From NCBI RefSeq assembly GCF_006345805.1, contig NW_021836583.1, positions 1 to 23,356 of the forward strand: a stretch of 23,356 nucleotides of DNA, written 5' to 3'. The position numbers and the translations under genes are program-made. Under the pieces are notes generated by a model. It had not been told where the DNA came from and ran no database searches. It saw only the letters and a list, made by a program, of their open reading frames with translations. Shown here in pieces: positions 1 to 10,637 of this stretch (within the stretch, counting starts at the first letter, position 1; every line of letters starts with the position of its first letter). The DNA comes from Octopus sinensis. Its lineage: Eukaryota.

Positions 1-193
1 TGTGGGTATGTATGCATACATACGCACGCGCACATCCGAAGCAAGCCCACACACACGAAGCGCGCCCACGCACACAACGCACATATATAATATATATACA
101 CGTATCCAAATACACAATACACACACATATATGTCTATGAGTATATATATAGCTGTACATATATTTGTACATCATGCACACGTGTCTATATGC

Positions 194-224
<31 letters not shown>

Positions 225-333
225 ATGCGTATATAAACACACACTCAGCCGTGTATATATAATGTATGTCTGTATTTATAGGTGCGTGTGCACGCACACG
301 TATATGTATATATAGCATATGCGTAAATACGTC

Positions 334-372
<39 letters not shown>

Positions 373-570
373 GTCTTGTTGTGGTGTCCTGTACTCACGT
401 ATAATTATTTATATATGCATGTATATATACATGTAGATGTAGGTACGTACATATATGTATGTATGTATGCATATATTTTATTTATCACCTTATATATATA
501 TATATATACACACACACGCACACACCCACAAATACACCACACACACAAATGCACCACACACACTCACAGA
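1..570. repeat. Compound (AT)n/(AC)n/(GT)n low-complexity tract
   Basis: Interrupted dinucleotide runs; source of the Y/I/T/H-rich ORFs 2..262 and 319..714. Confidence 0.9.
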
Positions 571-766
571 CACACACACTGCCCTCTAAATGTTTACACT
601 GCCAATTATTCCTGTCGATGCATTAAACGTTCAACAGCAAGGTCACCCATAATTGCCCTTCCCTACCCAACCGACCGACCAACCAACCCACAAACCTCTC
701 TCAGAACCAGTTAAAATTAGAAAGACGTCAGTATGGCGTCTTTTATTTGTTCACTACAAGTGTTAG

Positions 767-1153
767 TGGAGGCGCAATGGCCCAGTGGTTAGGGCAGCGG
801 ACTCGCGGTCGTAGGATCGCGGTTTCGATTCCCAGACCGGGCGTTGTGAGTGTTTATTGAGCGAAAACACCTAAAAGCTCCACGAGGCTCCGGCAGGGGA
901 TGGTGGTGATCCCTGCTGTACTCTTTCGCCACAACTTTCTCTCACTCTTACTTCCTGTTTCTGTTGTACCTTGTATTTCAAGGGACCGGCCTTGTCACTC
1001 TCTGTGTCACGCTGAATATCCCCGAGAACTGCGTTAAGGGTACACGTGTCTGTGGAGTGCTCAGCCACTTACACGTTAATTTCACGAGCAGGCTGTTCCG
1101 TTGATCGGATCAACCGGAACCCTCGTCGTCGTAACCGACGGAGTGCTTCCATC
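767..1153 (+). mobile_element. Family B tRNA-derived SINE, full-length monomer (about 386 bp)
   Basis: A box tggcccagtgg, B box gtttcgattcc, tRNA-Arg-like head, (tcca) tail; 10-bp TSD caagtgttag at 757-766 and 1154-1163; near-identical copies at 12784 and 22125. Confidence 0.93.
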
Positions 1154-1344
1154 CAAGTGTTAGCCTCTCTGTAAAGCGTGTTTAAATATGAGCCACTAAT
1201 ATTTTTATGTTGTGGAAATACAGTAATTTCTTTTTCCGTTTCTATTTACATTTTGTTTTCTTGTTCCACCGTTCCTCATTCCGCTTTTTGCATTCACTAT
1301 TCCTCTCGATTTTTTTTTCTCGATTTCTCATAGACCGGAGTGGT

Positions 1345-1746
1345 TTACTCTTTACTCTTTACTCTCTTTTACTTGTTTCAGTCATTTTGACTGCGGCCAT
1401 GCTGGAGCACCGCCTTAAATCGAGCAACTTATTCTTTTGTAAGCCCAGTACTTATTCTATCGGTCTCTTTTGCCGAACCGCTAAGAAACGGAGACATAAA
1501 CACACCAGCATCGGTTGTCAAGCAATGCTAGGGGGACAAACACAGACACACAAACACACACACGCATATATATATATATACATATATACGACGGGCTTCG
1601 TTCAGTTTCCGTCTACCAAATCCACTCACAAGGCTTTGGTCGGCCCGAGGCTATAGCAGAAGACACTTGCCCAAGGTGCCACGCAGTGGGACTGAACCCG
1701 GAACCATGTGGTTGGTAAACAAGCTACTTACCACACAGCCACTCCT
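1345..1746 (-). mobile_element. Family A CORE-type tRNA SINE
   Basis: Minus strand: head caggagtggctgtgtggtaag, CORE-like accttgggcaagtgtcttct, internal (TA)n(TG)n, (taaagag)n tail; multiple copies in the window. Confidence 0.92.
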
Positions 1747-2012
1747 CGTGTTTATTATCATTTTTTTTTTACATTAAACCAGCCAAGTTGTGCATTCAAG
1801 CATCAGGGATTCCTTGGGACACAAGGCATGATATATATAATTCTGCCAAATTTTTCTTTCCGTAGCATAAAAAGTTTTAGCAGCTCCTATTTAAAATACT
1901 GTGTATGTCATATGACACTTTGGATGGAAAACCTTATTGTTGATCCCGCCAATAATATATAGGCTTTTGAACCCTCACAGACAGAGAAACCATTATATCT
2001 AATATGTAACCT

Positions 2013-2244
2013 ATTTCATTATTACCCACAAGGGGCTAAACACAGAGGGGACAAACAAGGACAGACATAGGTATTAAGTCGATTACATCGACCCCAGTGC
2101 GAAACTGGTACTTAATTTATCGACCCCGAAAGGATGAAAGGCAAAGTCGACCTCGGCGGAATTTGAACTCACAACGTAGCGGCAGACGAAATACCGCTAA
2201 GCATTTCGTCCGGCGCGCTAACGTTTCTGCCAGCTCACCGCCTT
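2013..2244 (-). mobile_element. Family C tRNA SINE monomer with tail type 1
   Basis: Head ggcggtgagctggcagaaacgttag, B box gagttcaaattcc, tail ccccttgtgggtaataatgaaat; 10-bp TSD tatgtaacct at 2003-2012 and 2245-2254. Confidence 0.92.
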
Positions 2245-2533
2245 TATGTAACCTGCTTCACGATTTGTGTGAAGGATTGTTAGTAACTCAATATCGTTGA
2301 ATGGAGTGCAAGTTATGTTGACATCTCGAAATTGTCCTCCATAACTCCGGGCCTAGCGTTTACTGAGAAGATTATTAGCAGGGGCAGTTTAACTCACATT
2401 ATGGGCAGAACGATCCGCCTTACTTTTAGGTTTTGACTGAAAAGCTATCCCAAGAGATTAAAATATCTTGTAAGAAAATCATACAAAGATACACTCACTG
2501 ACTCATTGACATTGAGAACACGCTCAAATATAT

Positions 2534-3917
2534 GGAATGGATGGAAGCACTCCGTCGGTTGCGACGACGAGGGTTCCGGTTGATCCGAATCAACGGAACA
2601 GCCTGCTCGTGAAATTAACGTGTAAGTGGCTGAGCACTCCACAGACACGTGCACCCTTAACGTAGTTCTCGGGGATATTCAGCGTGACACAGAGAGTGAC
2701 AAGGCTGGCCCCTTGAAATGGTGGAAGCACCCCGTCGGTTACGACGACGAGGGTTCCGGTTGATCCGAATCAACGGAACAGCCTGCTCGTGAAATTAACG
2801 TGTAAGTGGCTGAGCACTCCACAGACACGTGCACCCTTAACGTAGTTCTCGGGGATATTCAGCGTGACACAGAGAGTGACAAGGCCGGCCCTTTGAAATA
2901 CAGGTACAACAGAAACAGGAAGTAAGAGTGAGAGAAAGTTGTGGTGAAAGAGTACAGCAGGGATCACCACCATCCCCTGCCGGAGCCTCGGATGGAAGCA
3001 CTCCGTCGGTTACGACGACGAGGGTTCCGGTTGATCCGAATCAACGGAGCAGCCTGCTCGTGAAATTAACGTGTAAGTGGCTGAGTACTCCACAGACACG
3101 TGCACCCTTAACGTAGTTCTCGGGGATATTCAGCGTGACACAGAGAGTGACAAGGCCGGCCCCTTTGAAATACAGGTACAACAGAAACAGGAAGTAAGAG
3201 TGAGAGAAAGTTGTGGTGAAAGAGTACAGCAGGGATCACCACCATCCCCTGCCGGAGCCTCGGATGGAAGCACTCCGTCGGTTACGACGACGAGGGTTCC
3301 GGTTGATCCGATCAACGGAACAGCCTGCTCGTGAAATTAACGTGTAAGTGGCTGAGCACTCCACAGACACGTGCACCCTTAACGTAGTTCTCGGGGATAT
3401 TCAGCGTGACACAGAGAGTGACAAGGCCGGCCCTTTGAAATACAGGTACAACAGAAACAGGAAGTAAGAGTGAGAGAAAGTTGTGGTGAAAAAGTACAGC
3501 AGGGATCACCACCATCCCCTGCCGGAGACTCGGACGGAAGCACTCCGTCGGTTACGACGACGAGGGTTCCGGTTGATCCGATCAACGGAACAGCCTGCTC
3601 GTGAAATTAACGTGTAAGTGGCTGAGCACTCCACAGACACGTGCACCCTTAACGTAGTTCTCGGGGATATTCAGCGTGACACAGAGAGTGACAAGGCCGG
3701 CCCTTTGAAATACAGGTACAACAGAAACAGGAAGTAAGAGTGAGAGAAAGTTGTGGTGAAAGAGTACAGCAGGGATCACCACCATCCCCTGCCGGAGCCT
3801 CGTGGAGCTTTTTAGGTGTTTTCGCTCAATAAACACTCACAACGCCCGGTCTGGGAATCGAAACCGCGATCCTATGACCGCGAGTCCGCTGCCTTAACCA
3901 CTGGGCCATTGCGCCTC
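2534..3917 (-). mobile_element. Family B SINE concatemer: one full copy, three headless units of 270-272 bp and one 180-bp unit
   Basis: Tail motif tggaagcac starts at 2542, 2722, 2993, 3265 and 3535 (cggaagcac variant); single head at about 3803-3917; 13-bp TSD cgctcaaatatat at 2521-2533 and 3918-3930. Confidence 0.95.
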
Positions 3918-3966
3918 CGCTCAAATATATAAATGGCTAACAACTCGAAAATTATATTATATTTTG

Positions 3967-4373
3967 GCAAGGCGACGAACTAGCAGAATCGTTAGCACGT
4001 CGGGCGAAATGCTTAGCGGCATTTCGTCTGCCTTTACGTTCTGAGTTCAAATTCCGCCGAGGTCGACTTTGCCTTTCATGCTTTCGGGGTCGATAAATAA
4101 AGTACCAGTTACGCACTGGGGTTGATGTAATCGACTTAATCCCTTTGTCTGTCCTTGTTTGTCCCCCACCCGTGTTGAGCCCCTTGTGGGTAGTAAAGAA
4201 ATAGGTATTTCGTCTGCCGTTACGTTCTGAGTTCAAATTCCGCCGAGTTCGACTTTGCCTTTCCACCTTTCAGGTTCGATAAATTAAGTACTAGTTGTAT
4301 ACTGGGGTCGATATAATCGACTGGCCCCCTCCACAAAAATTTCTTGTCTTGTACCTAAAGTAGAAAAGAATAT
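3967..4373 (+). mobile_element. Family C SINE dimer (full unit with tail 1, then headless unit with tail 2)
   Basis: Head 3967-4060; junction gaaataggtatttcgtctgcc near 4198-4217; second unit ends ...aaatttcttgtcttgtacctaaagtagaaaagaatat; no clear TSD. Confidence 0.88.
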
Positions 4374-4420
4374 AAAGTTTTGAGAGAGGCTACATACAAT
4401 GTTGACACATTAACAATATA

Positions 4421-4889
4421 AGGGGGTAAAGACCCCCTTCGGTCATGAATGACCATGGGATTGCACCTAGAAAGTTACCCTCCTAGACACAAGTCCGGGC
4501 AAGGTTGTTTATGGAAGACCAGCAGTCGCCCATGCATACCGGCCTCCCCTCTTCACGCCACCAGTGTTATCCAAGGGAAAGACAAAGGTCGATACAGCTT
4601 GGCACCAGTGACGTCGCAACTCAAGTTTGTTTATGGAAGGCCAGCAGTCGTCCATGGATACCAGCCTCCCCTCTCCATGTCACTGATGTTATCCAAGGGA
4701 AAGGCAAAAGGGGCCGATACAGCTTGGCACCTGTGACGTCACAACTCATTTCTACAGCTGAGTGAACTGGAGCAACGTGAAATAAAGTGCCTTGCTCGAG
4801 AGCACAACACGCAGCCCGGTCCGGGATTCGAGCTCACAACCTCACGATCGTAAGCTCGAAGCTCTAACCACTGAGCTATGCGCCTTCAC
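4421..4889 (-). mobile_element. Family D CORE-type tRNA SINE with internal tandem duplication of about 122 bp
   Basis: Minus-strand head gtgaaggcgcatagctcagtggttagagc, B box gagctcgaatccc, CORE-like gagcaaggcactttatttcac; TSD cacattaacaatata at 4406-4420 and 4887-4901 (its first 3 nt overlap the head). Confidence 0.9.
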
Positions 4890-5128
4890 ATTAACAATAT
4901 ATGCTAATGACAACGGGGCCAAACCGATGGCAGGCAACAGTGCAGTTTATTCTTGCTGTTCTTAACAGGGTTCGGAAATGAAAAGGCTGCTTTTTGCAAC
5001 CTTGATATTCATGGAGGACCTGAAAAAATATCCCTGATCATTATTTCTTAACAATGTTGGTCAACAAAAAGGCATGGCTATTGTAGTTACATTTTAGCAA
5101 TAGCCACCACACGGTTTTCTGGCTGTGG

Positions 5129-5541
5129 TACTCTCTTTTTTACTCTTTTACTTGTTTCAGTCATTTGACTGCGGCCATGCTGGAGCACCGCCTTTAATCG
5201 AGCAACTCGACCCCGGGACTTATTCTTTGTAAGCCCAGTACTTATTCTATTGGTCTCTTTTGCCGAACCGCTAAGTAACGGGGACATAAACACACCAGCA
5301 TCGTTTGTCAAGCAATGCTAGGGAGACAAACACAGACACACAGACACACAAACACACACACGCATATATGTATACATATATACGACGGGCTTCTTTCAGT
5401 TTCCGTCTACCAAATCCACTCACAAGGCATTGGTCGGCCCGAGGCTATAGTAGAAGACACTTGCCCAAGGTGCCACGCAGTGGGACTGAACCCGGAATCA
5501 TGTGGTTGGTAAGCAAGCTACTTACCACACAGCCACTCCTG
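5129..5541 (-). mobile_element. Family A SINE
   Basis: Colinear with the 1345-1746 copy over its whole length. Confidence 0.92.
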
Positions 5542-5586
5542 CGCCTATGGTAGTGTACGAAGGATACTGAAAAGAGGTTGGATGAG

Positions 5587-5692
5587 AGGGGCTATAGCAG
5601 AAGACACATGCCACCCAGAATGCCGCGTAGTGAGACCGATTCCAAGACCCTATGGTTGGGCAAGCAAGCTTCTTACCCACACAGCCACGTTT
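5587..5692 (-). mobile_element. Old family A-like SINE head/CORE remnant
   Basis: ggctatagcagaagacacatgcc...aagcaagcttcttacccacacagcca is a decayed match to the family A 5' part. Confidence 0.7.
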
Positions 5693-6104
5693 CTGAATAT
5701 ATCTGCTAAAGAACATTAAATAATGAAAGAACATTTTACAACAAGAATCAAAAGAGCAACAACAATAATTACAACAAGGCTTTAGATAGGAGACGGTTCT
5801 GAAGCTTTTATGGTAAGATGCTTAATTCTTTGAGGAACATTCCACCATTCTCTGTCTTAGAGATACCATGGCATCGCGTTTAGTGAAAGAATGCACCTAT
5901 TATTTAGATCTGTGGCTGGTACTGACTATTATCAATACTAACTGGCTGTACAACACTCTAGATAATACCTGGCATCACTGCTACTACTGCGGCTACTGCT
6001 GCTGCGTCTACACAAGCCATCAATTCTCTCATTAGGCGTCCATTCAGGCGTAGAATATAACTATCTTTGCTATAGCACCCACCTAGCTCCCTCTCATACT
6101 GGCA

Positions 6105-6275
6105 ATCTGTGTATGCGTGTGTATGTGTGTGTGTGTGTGTGCCTCTCTCTCTCTCTTTCTCACTATATGTATATATATACACACACACATGCATACATAC
6201 ACACACATATTATATATACATAGATATATATATACATATACATACATATATATATATATATGTAATATTATATAT

Positions 6276-6363
<88 letters not shown>

Positions 6364-6379
6364 ATATATATACAATATA

Positions 6380-6445
<66 letters not shown>

Positions 6446-6605
6446 TATATGTATATATATATATTATATATATATATATCATGTTTATATATATACACAT
6501 GTAAGTGTATATATGCGCGCATATATAAATATATTGATATCTGGTCTATAAATCTTTATGTGTCTGTTTCACTCTCACCTTTATTCTCTCCTCCCTCTCT
6601 CTCTC

Positions 6606-6636
<31 letters not shown>

Positions 6637-6725
6637 GTGTGTGTGAGAGAGAAAGAGAGAGAGATAAAGAAAGAGATAAAGAGAGCAAGCGAGAGAGAAC
6701 GGACACAAGCCGTCTCTATATATAT
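6105..6725. repeat. Long (AT)n microsatellite with (GT)n and (CT)n/(GA)n flanks
   Basis: Near-pure AT run at about 6210-6500, CT/GA runs at 6590-6700. Confidence 0.95.
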
Positions 6726-6921
6726 CAACACATCTAATGACCAATCATTTACATTGTATCTGTTCACGTGACCTTTCTGACTTTTCTCTTGTTTTGTTTT
6801 CTTCCAATTATCTTTCATCTTCCGTTCCAACTCTCTGGAGATAATGAGGATCAAAGAACAACACAGGAGGCAATTAGTTATGTGGTTGTCCAGTAAACGA
6901 GAGATAAGGAGTTCGAGTTAC

Positions 6922-7325
6922 ACTCTCTTTTACTCTTTTACTCTTTTACTTGTTTCAGTCATTTGACTGCGGCCATGCTGGAGCACCGCCTTTTAGTCGA
7001 GCAACTCGACCACGGGACTTATTCTTTGTAAGCCCAGTACTTATTCTATCGGTCTCTTTTGCCGAACCGCTAAGTGACGTGGACGTAAACACACCAGCAT
7101 CGGTTGTCAAGCAATGCTAGGAGGACAAACACAGACACACAAACTTATATATATATACATATAAACGACAGGCTTCTTTCAGTTTCCGTCTACCAAATCC
7201 ACTCACAAGGCTTTGGTCAGCCCGGGGCTATAGCAGAAGACACTTGCCCAAGATGCCACGCAGTGGGACTGAACCCGGAACCATGTGGTTGGTTAGCAAG
7301 CTACTTACCACACAGCCACTCCTGC
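6922..7325 (-). mobile_element. Family A SINE
   Basis: Colinear with the other family A copies; (ctctttta)n tail on the plus strand. Confidence 0.92.
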
Positions 7326-7354
7326 TGTTAGTTTTTTTTTTCTATTTTTAAGTA

Positions 7355-7450
7355 ATCCTGTGTAATTAAGAAGCTTCTTTTGCAGTCATACGATTTCAGG
7401 TTCAATCCCACAGCACGGCACATTAGGCAAATGTCTTCTGTTATAATTCC
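7355..7450 (+). mobile_element. Old family A-like SINE head remnant
   Basis: ggttcaatcccacagcacggcacattaggcaaatgtcttctgttata is a decayed match to the family A B box and CORE; a possible matching tail lies at about 8010-8056. Confidence 0.65.
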
Positions 7451-7505
7451 AGTATCCCCGCCTGACACGCGGGAGACCGGCGTTCGATTCCTCGCCAGGG
7501 AGCCA
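7451..7505 (+). pseudogene. 5'-truncated tRNA-Asp(GTC)-derived fragment ending in CCA
   Basis: agtatccccgcctgacacgcgggagaccggcgttcgattcctcgccagggagcca matches the conserved eukaryotic tRNA-Asp from about position 21: anticodon arm cccgc-ctg[t>a]cac-gcggg, T loop ttcgatt, discriminator G, then CCA. Confidence 0.85.
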
Positions 7506-7509
7506 TATT

Positions 7510-7688
7510 CAGGAGTAGCTCTGTGGTAAGAAGCTTGCTTTCCAGCCACAGGATTCCCGGTTCAGTCCCACTGCGTGGCACCTTGGGCAAGTGTCTTCTA
7601 CTATAGCCACGGGCCGGCCAAAGCCTTGTGAGTAACTTTGGTTGACAGAAACTGAAAGAAGCCGTCGTATATATGTATTAATATATAT

Positions 7689-7766
<78 letters not shown>

Positions 7767-7995
7767 GTATGTGTGTGTGTGTATGCATGTATTTGTGTGT
7801 CTGTGTTTGTCTCCCCAACATCGCTTGACAACCGATGCTGGTTTTTTTACGTCCCCGTAACTCAACGGTTCGGCAAAAGAGTCCGATAGAATAAGTACTA
7901 GGCTTACAAAAGAATAAGTCCTGGCGTCGATTTTTTTTCGACTAAAGGCGGTGCTCCAGCATGGCCGCAGTGAAATTATTGAAACAAGTAAAATA
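7510..7995 (+). mobile_element. Family A SINE with expanded internal (TA)n
   Basis: Starts caggagtagctctgtggtaag, CORE accttgggcaagtgtcttct, tail ggcggtgctccagcatggccgcag...gaaacaagtaaaa. Confidence 0.9.
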
Positions 7996-8088
7996 AATTT
8001 AAGAAAAAGAATATGGCGGTGCCCCAACATGGCCACAGCTCATGAGCTGAAACTAGAATCAATCAATCAATCAATTAATCAATATATA

Positions 8089-8381
8089 TTCACTCACGAT
8101 CGTGTGGTCGCGAGTTCGATTCCTGGCGGCGCCTTGTGTCCTTGAGCAAGACACTTTATTTCACGTTGCTCCAGTCCACTCAACTAGCAAAGATGAGTAG
8201 TACCTGTATTTCAAAGGGCCAGCCTTGTTACATTCTCTTTCATGATGATTCTCCCTGAAAACTACGTTAAGGCTGCACGTGTCTGTGGAGTGCTCAGCCA
8301 CTTGCATGTTAATTTCATGAGCAGGCTGTTCCGTTGATTTGATCAACTGGAACCCTCGTCGTCGTAAGCGACGGAGTGCCA
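8089..8381 (+). mobile_element. SINE with family D-like head/CORE and family B 3' tail
   Basis: B box gagttcgattcc, CORE ttgagcaagacactttatttcac; from about 8200 matches the family B tail (gtacctgtatttcaaagggcc...cgtcgtcgtaagcgacggagtgcca). Confidence 0.85.
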
Positions 8382-8392
8382 TATATATATAT

Positions 8393-8779
8393 GTGTGTGG
8401 TAAGTAGCTTGCTAACCAACCACATGGTTCCGGGTTCAGTCCCACTGCGTGGCATCTTGGGCAAGTGTCTTCTGCTATAGCCCCGGGCCGACCAATGCCT
8501 TGTGAGTGGATTTGGTAGACGGAAACTGAAAGAAGCCTGTCGTATATATGTATGTATATATATATATATATGTGTGTGTGTGTATGTGTTTGTCCACCTA
8601 GCATTGCTTGACAACCGATGCTGGTGTGTTTACGTCCCCGTCACTTAGCGGTTCGGCAAAAGAGACCGATAGAATAAGTACTGGGCTTACAAAGAATAAG
8701 TCCTGGGGTCGAATTTTCGACTAAATGCGGTGCTCCAGCATGGCCGCAGTCAAATGACTGAAACAAGTAAAAAAGAGTA
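8393..8779 (+). mobile_element. Family A SINE, slightly 5'-truncated
   Basis: Colinear with family A from tgtgtggtaagtagc to gaaacaagtaaaaaagag. Confidence 0.92.
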
Positions 8780-8796
8780 TATATATATATATATAC

Positions 8797-8829
<33 letters not shown>

Positions 8830-9074
8830 TGTATGTATGTATGTATGTATGTATGTATGTATATATACATATATATTGATGGAATTTTATAAATACTTAA
8901 TGCATCGCTACGCACGTTTCTACAAATCACATGAGACTCTTAAGATCACCGTCCGTATTACAGTGATGTTTACAGTGTAATCCGTAGTATCCATGTTCAT
9001 TGGATTGATCATCATCATTGATGCATTTCGTAAAGCGATATAGTATAAATACATACATAACAATCTGCGCGTGC

Positions 9075-9116
<42 letters not shown>

Positions 9117-9144
9117 CACTGAAGCCATTCATACATATATGCAT

Positions 9145-9195
<51 letters not shown>

Positions 9196-9269
9196 TTTTC
9201 TCTGTCAGTCACTCACACATTAACTCACTACAAAAAGTGAATAAAATATTTCAGTTATATCTCTTTCTT

Positions 9270-9308
<39 letters not shown>

Positions 9309-9404
9309 ATACACCAGCAACATTACTCTCTCTCTATCTCTTCAGACGCACTAACGAAAGCAATTCACATACACAGCACACATTTTGTCTCGCACATCCC
9401 ATCA

Positions 9405-9439
<35 letters not shown>

Positions 9440-9440
9440 G
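8780..9440. repeat. Microsatellite cluster (TA)n, (TATG)n, (GT)n, (CT)n, (CA)n with short unique spacers
   Basis: Direct reading; pure runs at about 8803-8860, 9078-9114, 9150-9192, 9408-9435. Confidence 0.9.
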
Positions 9441-9825
9441 TCAGTTCTTCCGCTTCATGCCAACTTCAAAAGAACTTCACTCGTACAATGGCGCTCTCTC
9501 TGTCTCTTTCGCTTTCACGCCGACTTCAAAAGATCCCCTTTCCCCCCAACCTCATATTAAAAAATTAAAAATTCTTCAAAAATGTAAATAAACACGCGTG
9601 GTTTATAAATAGTTTCTAAGTGACAGTCGTGTATTCCCATACCGAAAGATCGCCCAATGTTTTAATGATTAGACAGAGGTAAAATAGAATAGCTCTCAGA
9701 AACAGACTACGTACAAATTCGTTCTTCACAACTTCTGAAGCTGTTTTCTGACAGGGGGCAGTGGGGGTCAGGAAATTCTCATACAGCTGGAAGCTCCAAT
9801 CGAAACAGGGGTCCCGAAATGGTAA

Positions 9826-9840
9826 GGTTGAGAAACGCTG
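9826..9840. mobile_element. Possible orphan hAT (Charlie-like) terminal inverted repeat
   Basis: ggttgagaaacgctg is the reverse complement of cagcgtttctcaacc, resembling Charlie-type ends; no partner TIR seen. Confidence 0.3.
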
Positions 9841-9889
9841 TTATAGATTATGCCTAACCGAAAACGATCACAGCCACATCATCCAAACA

Positions 9890-9918
9890 GACCGGGTGAA
9901 ACCGGGCTTAGCTGCTAG
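9890..9918 (+). mobile_element. Possible Helitron 3' terminus
   Basis: ccgg-gtgaaa-ccgg hairpin followed 10 nt later by CTAG then T; 5' end not identified. Confidence 0.4.
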
Positions 9919-9922
9919 TAAA

Positions 9923-10001
9923 CATATATATATATATATATATATAACATATATATATATATATAATATATATATATATTTATAAACAATATATATATAT
10001 A

Positions 10002-10040
<39 letters not shown>
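9923..10040. repeat. (AT)n microsatellite
   Basis: Direct reading. Confidence 0.95.
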
Positions 10041-10046
<6 letters not shown>

Positions 10047-10161
10047 CGACCTCGAAAGGATGAAAGGCAAAGTCGACCTCGGGAATTTGAACTCAGAACG
10101 CAACGGCAGACGAAATACGGCTACGCATTTCGCCCGGCGTGCTAACGATTCTGCCAGCTCA
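10041..10161 (-). mobile_element. Family C SINE 5' half
   Basis: Matches the family C head and central domain; the 3' part is absent and the (AT)n abuts it. Confidence 0.88.
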
Positions 10162-10404
10162 CAGTTTACCGTTTCTCGAATCACTGCACTTTGTTCTTCT
10201 TTGGTGCTCATTGCTATTGGAGTGGCCATGCTTACACAGTAAAACCAGAAAGAAAAATGGCACGATCATGTTCAAACTTCGATCACATGACCACAATAAT
10301 ACCAACTATAAACACGCGTGCGCAGAAGGTGGTGTGACAATAGTAAAAATATGTAATGGCGAAAGTGCGGATATTTTTTGACTTCCCTTCGTATATGTAT
10401 GAGT

Positions 10405-10637
10405 GTGTGTGTGTCTGTGTGAGTTAGTTTTTGTGTCTGTAACGGTTATCGCGCTCCACTACTTGGCAACCGGTGTTGGTTACTTTACGTCCCTATAATT
10501 TAAAAGTTTGGCGAGACAGACCGAACTTGAAACGAAAAACATAACTATGGGGCTGATTTGCTCGCCGAAATACCCCCTCAAAGCGTTGCTCCATCATGGC
10601 CGCAAGCTAAAAACTGAGACAAGCGAAAGAGTACAAG
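10405..10637 (+). mobile_element. Old family A-like 3' half
   Basis: Decayed matches: caaccggtgttggttactttacgtccc, gcgttgctccatcatggccgca, ctgagacaagcgaaagag. Confidence 0.6.

Noticed and set aside
767-840. SINE heads as functional tRNA genes
   Set aside because: A and B boxes are present, but there is no complete cloverleaf and each continues into a repeated body with a tail and TSD.
2534-3917. Regular array resembling a CRISPR array or retrozyme tandem
   Set aside because: No unique spacers and no CUGANGA...GAAA core in the units; they are SINE 3' segments with a Pol III head and a TSD.
4950-5060. Acceptor-like ttcttgctgttcttaacag followed by short open frames
   Set aside because: Stops are reached without a convincing donor, and no protein similarity was recognised.
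5770-5885. Possible LINE C-terminal remnant on the minus strand (WWNVPQRIK)
   Set aside because: Too short and degenerate to support by eye.
8879-9050. Hydrophobic short reading frames on both strands in a unique spacer
   Set aside because: In-frame stop on the plus strand, no splice context and no recognisable family.
9451-9533. Imperfect 23-24 bp direct repeat (cgcttcatgccaacttcaaaaga / cgctttcacgccgacttcaaaaga)
   Set aside because: Only two copies in a low-complexity setting; no function can be argued.
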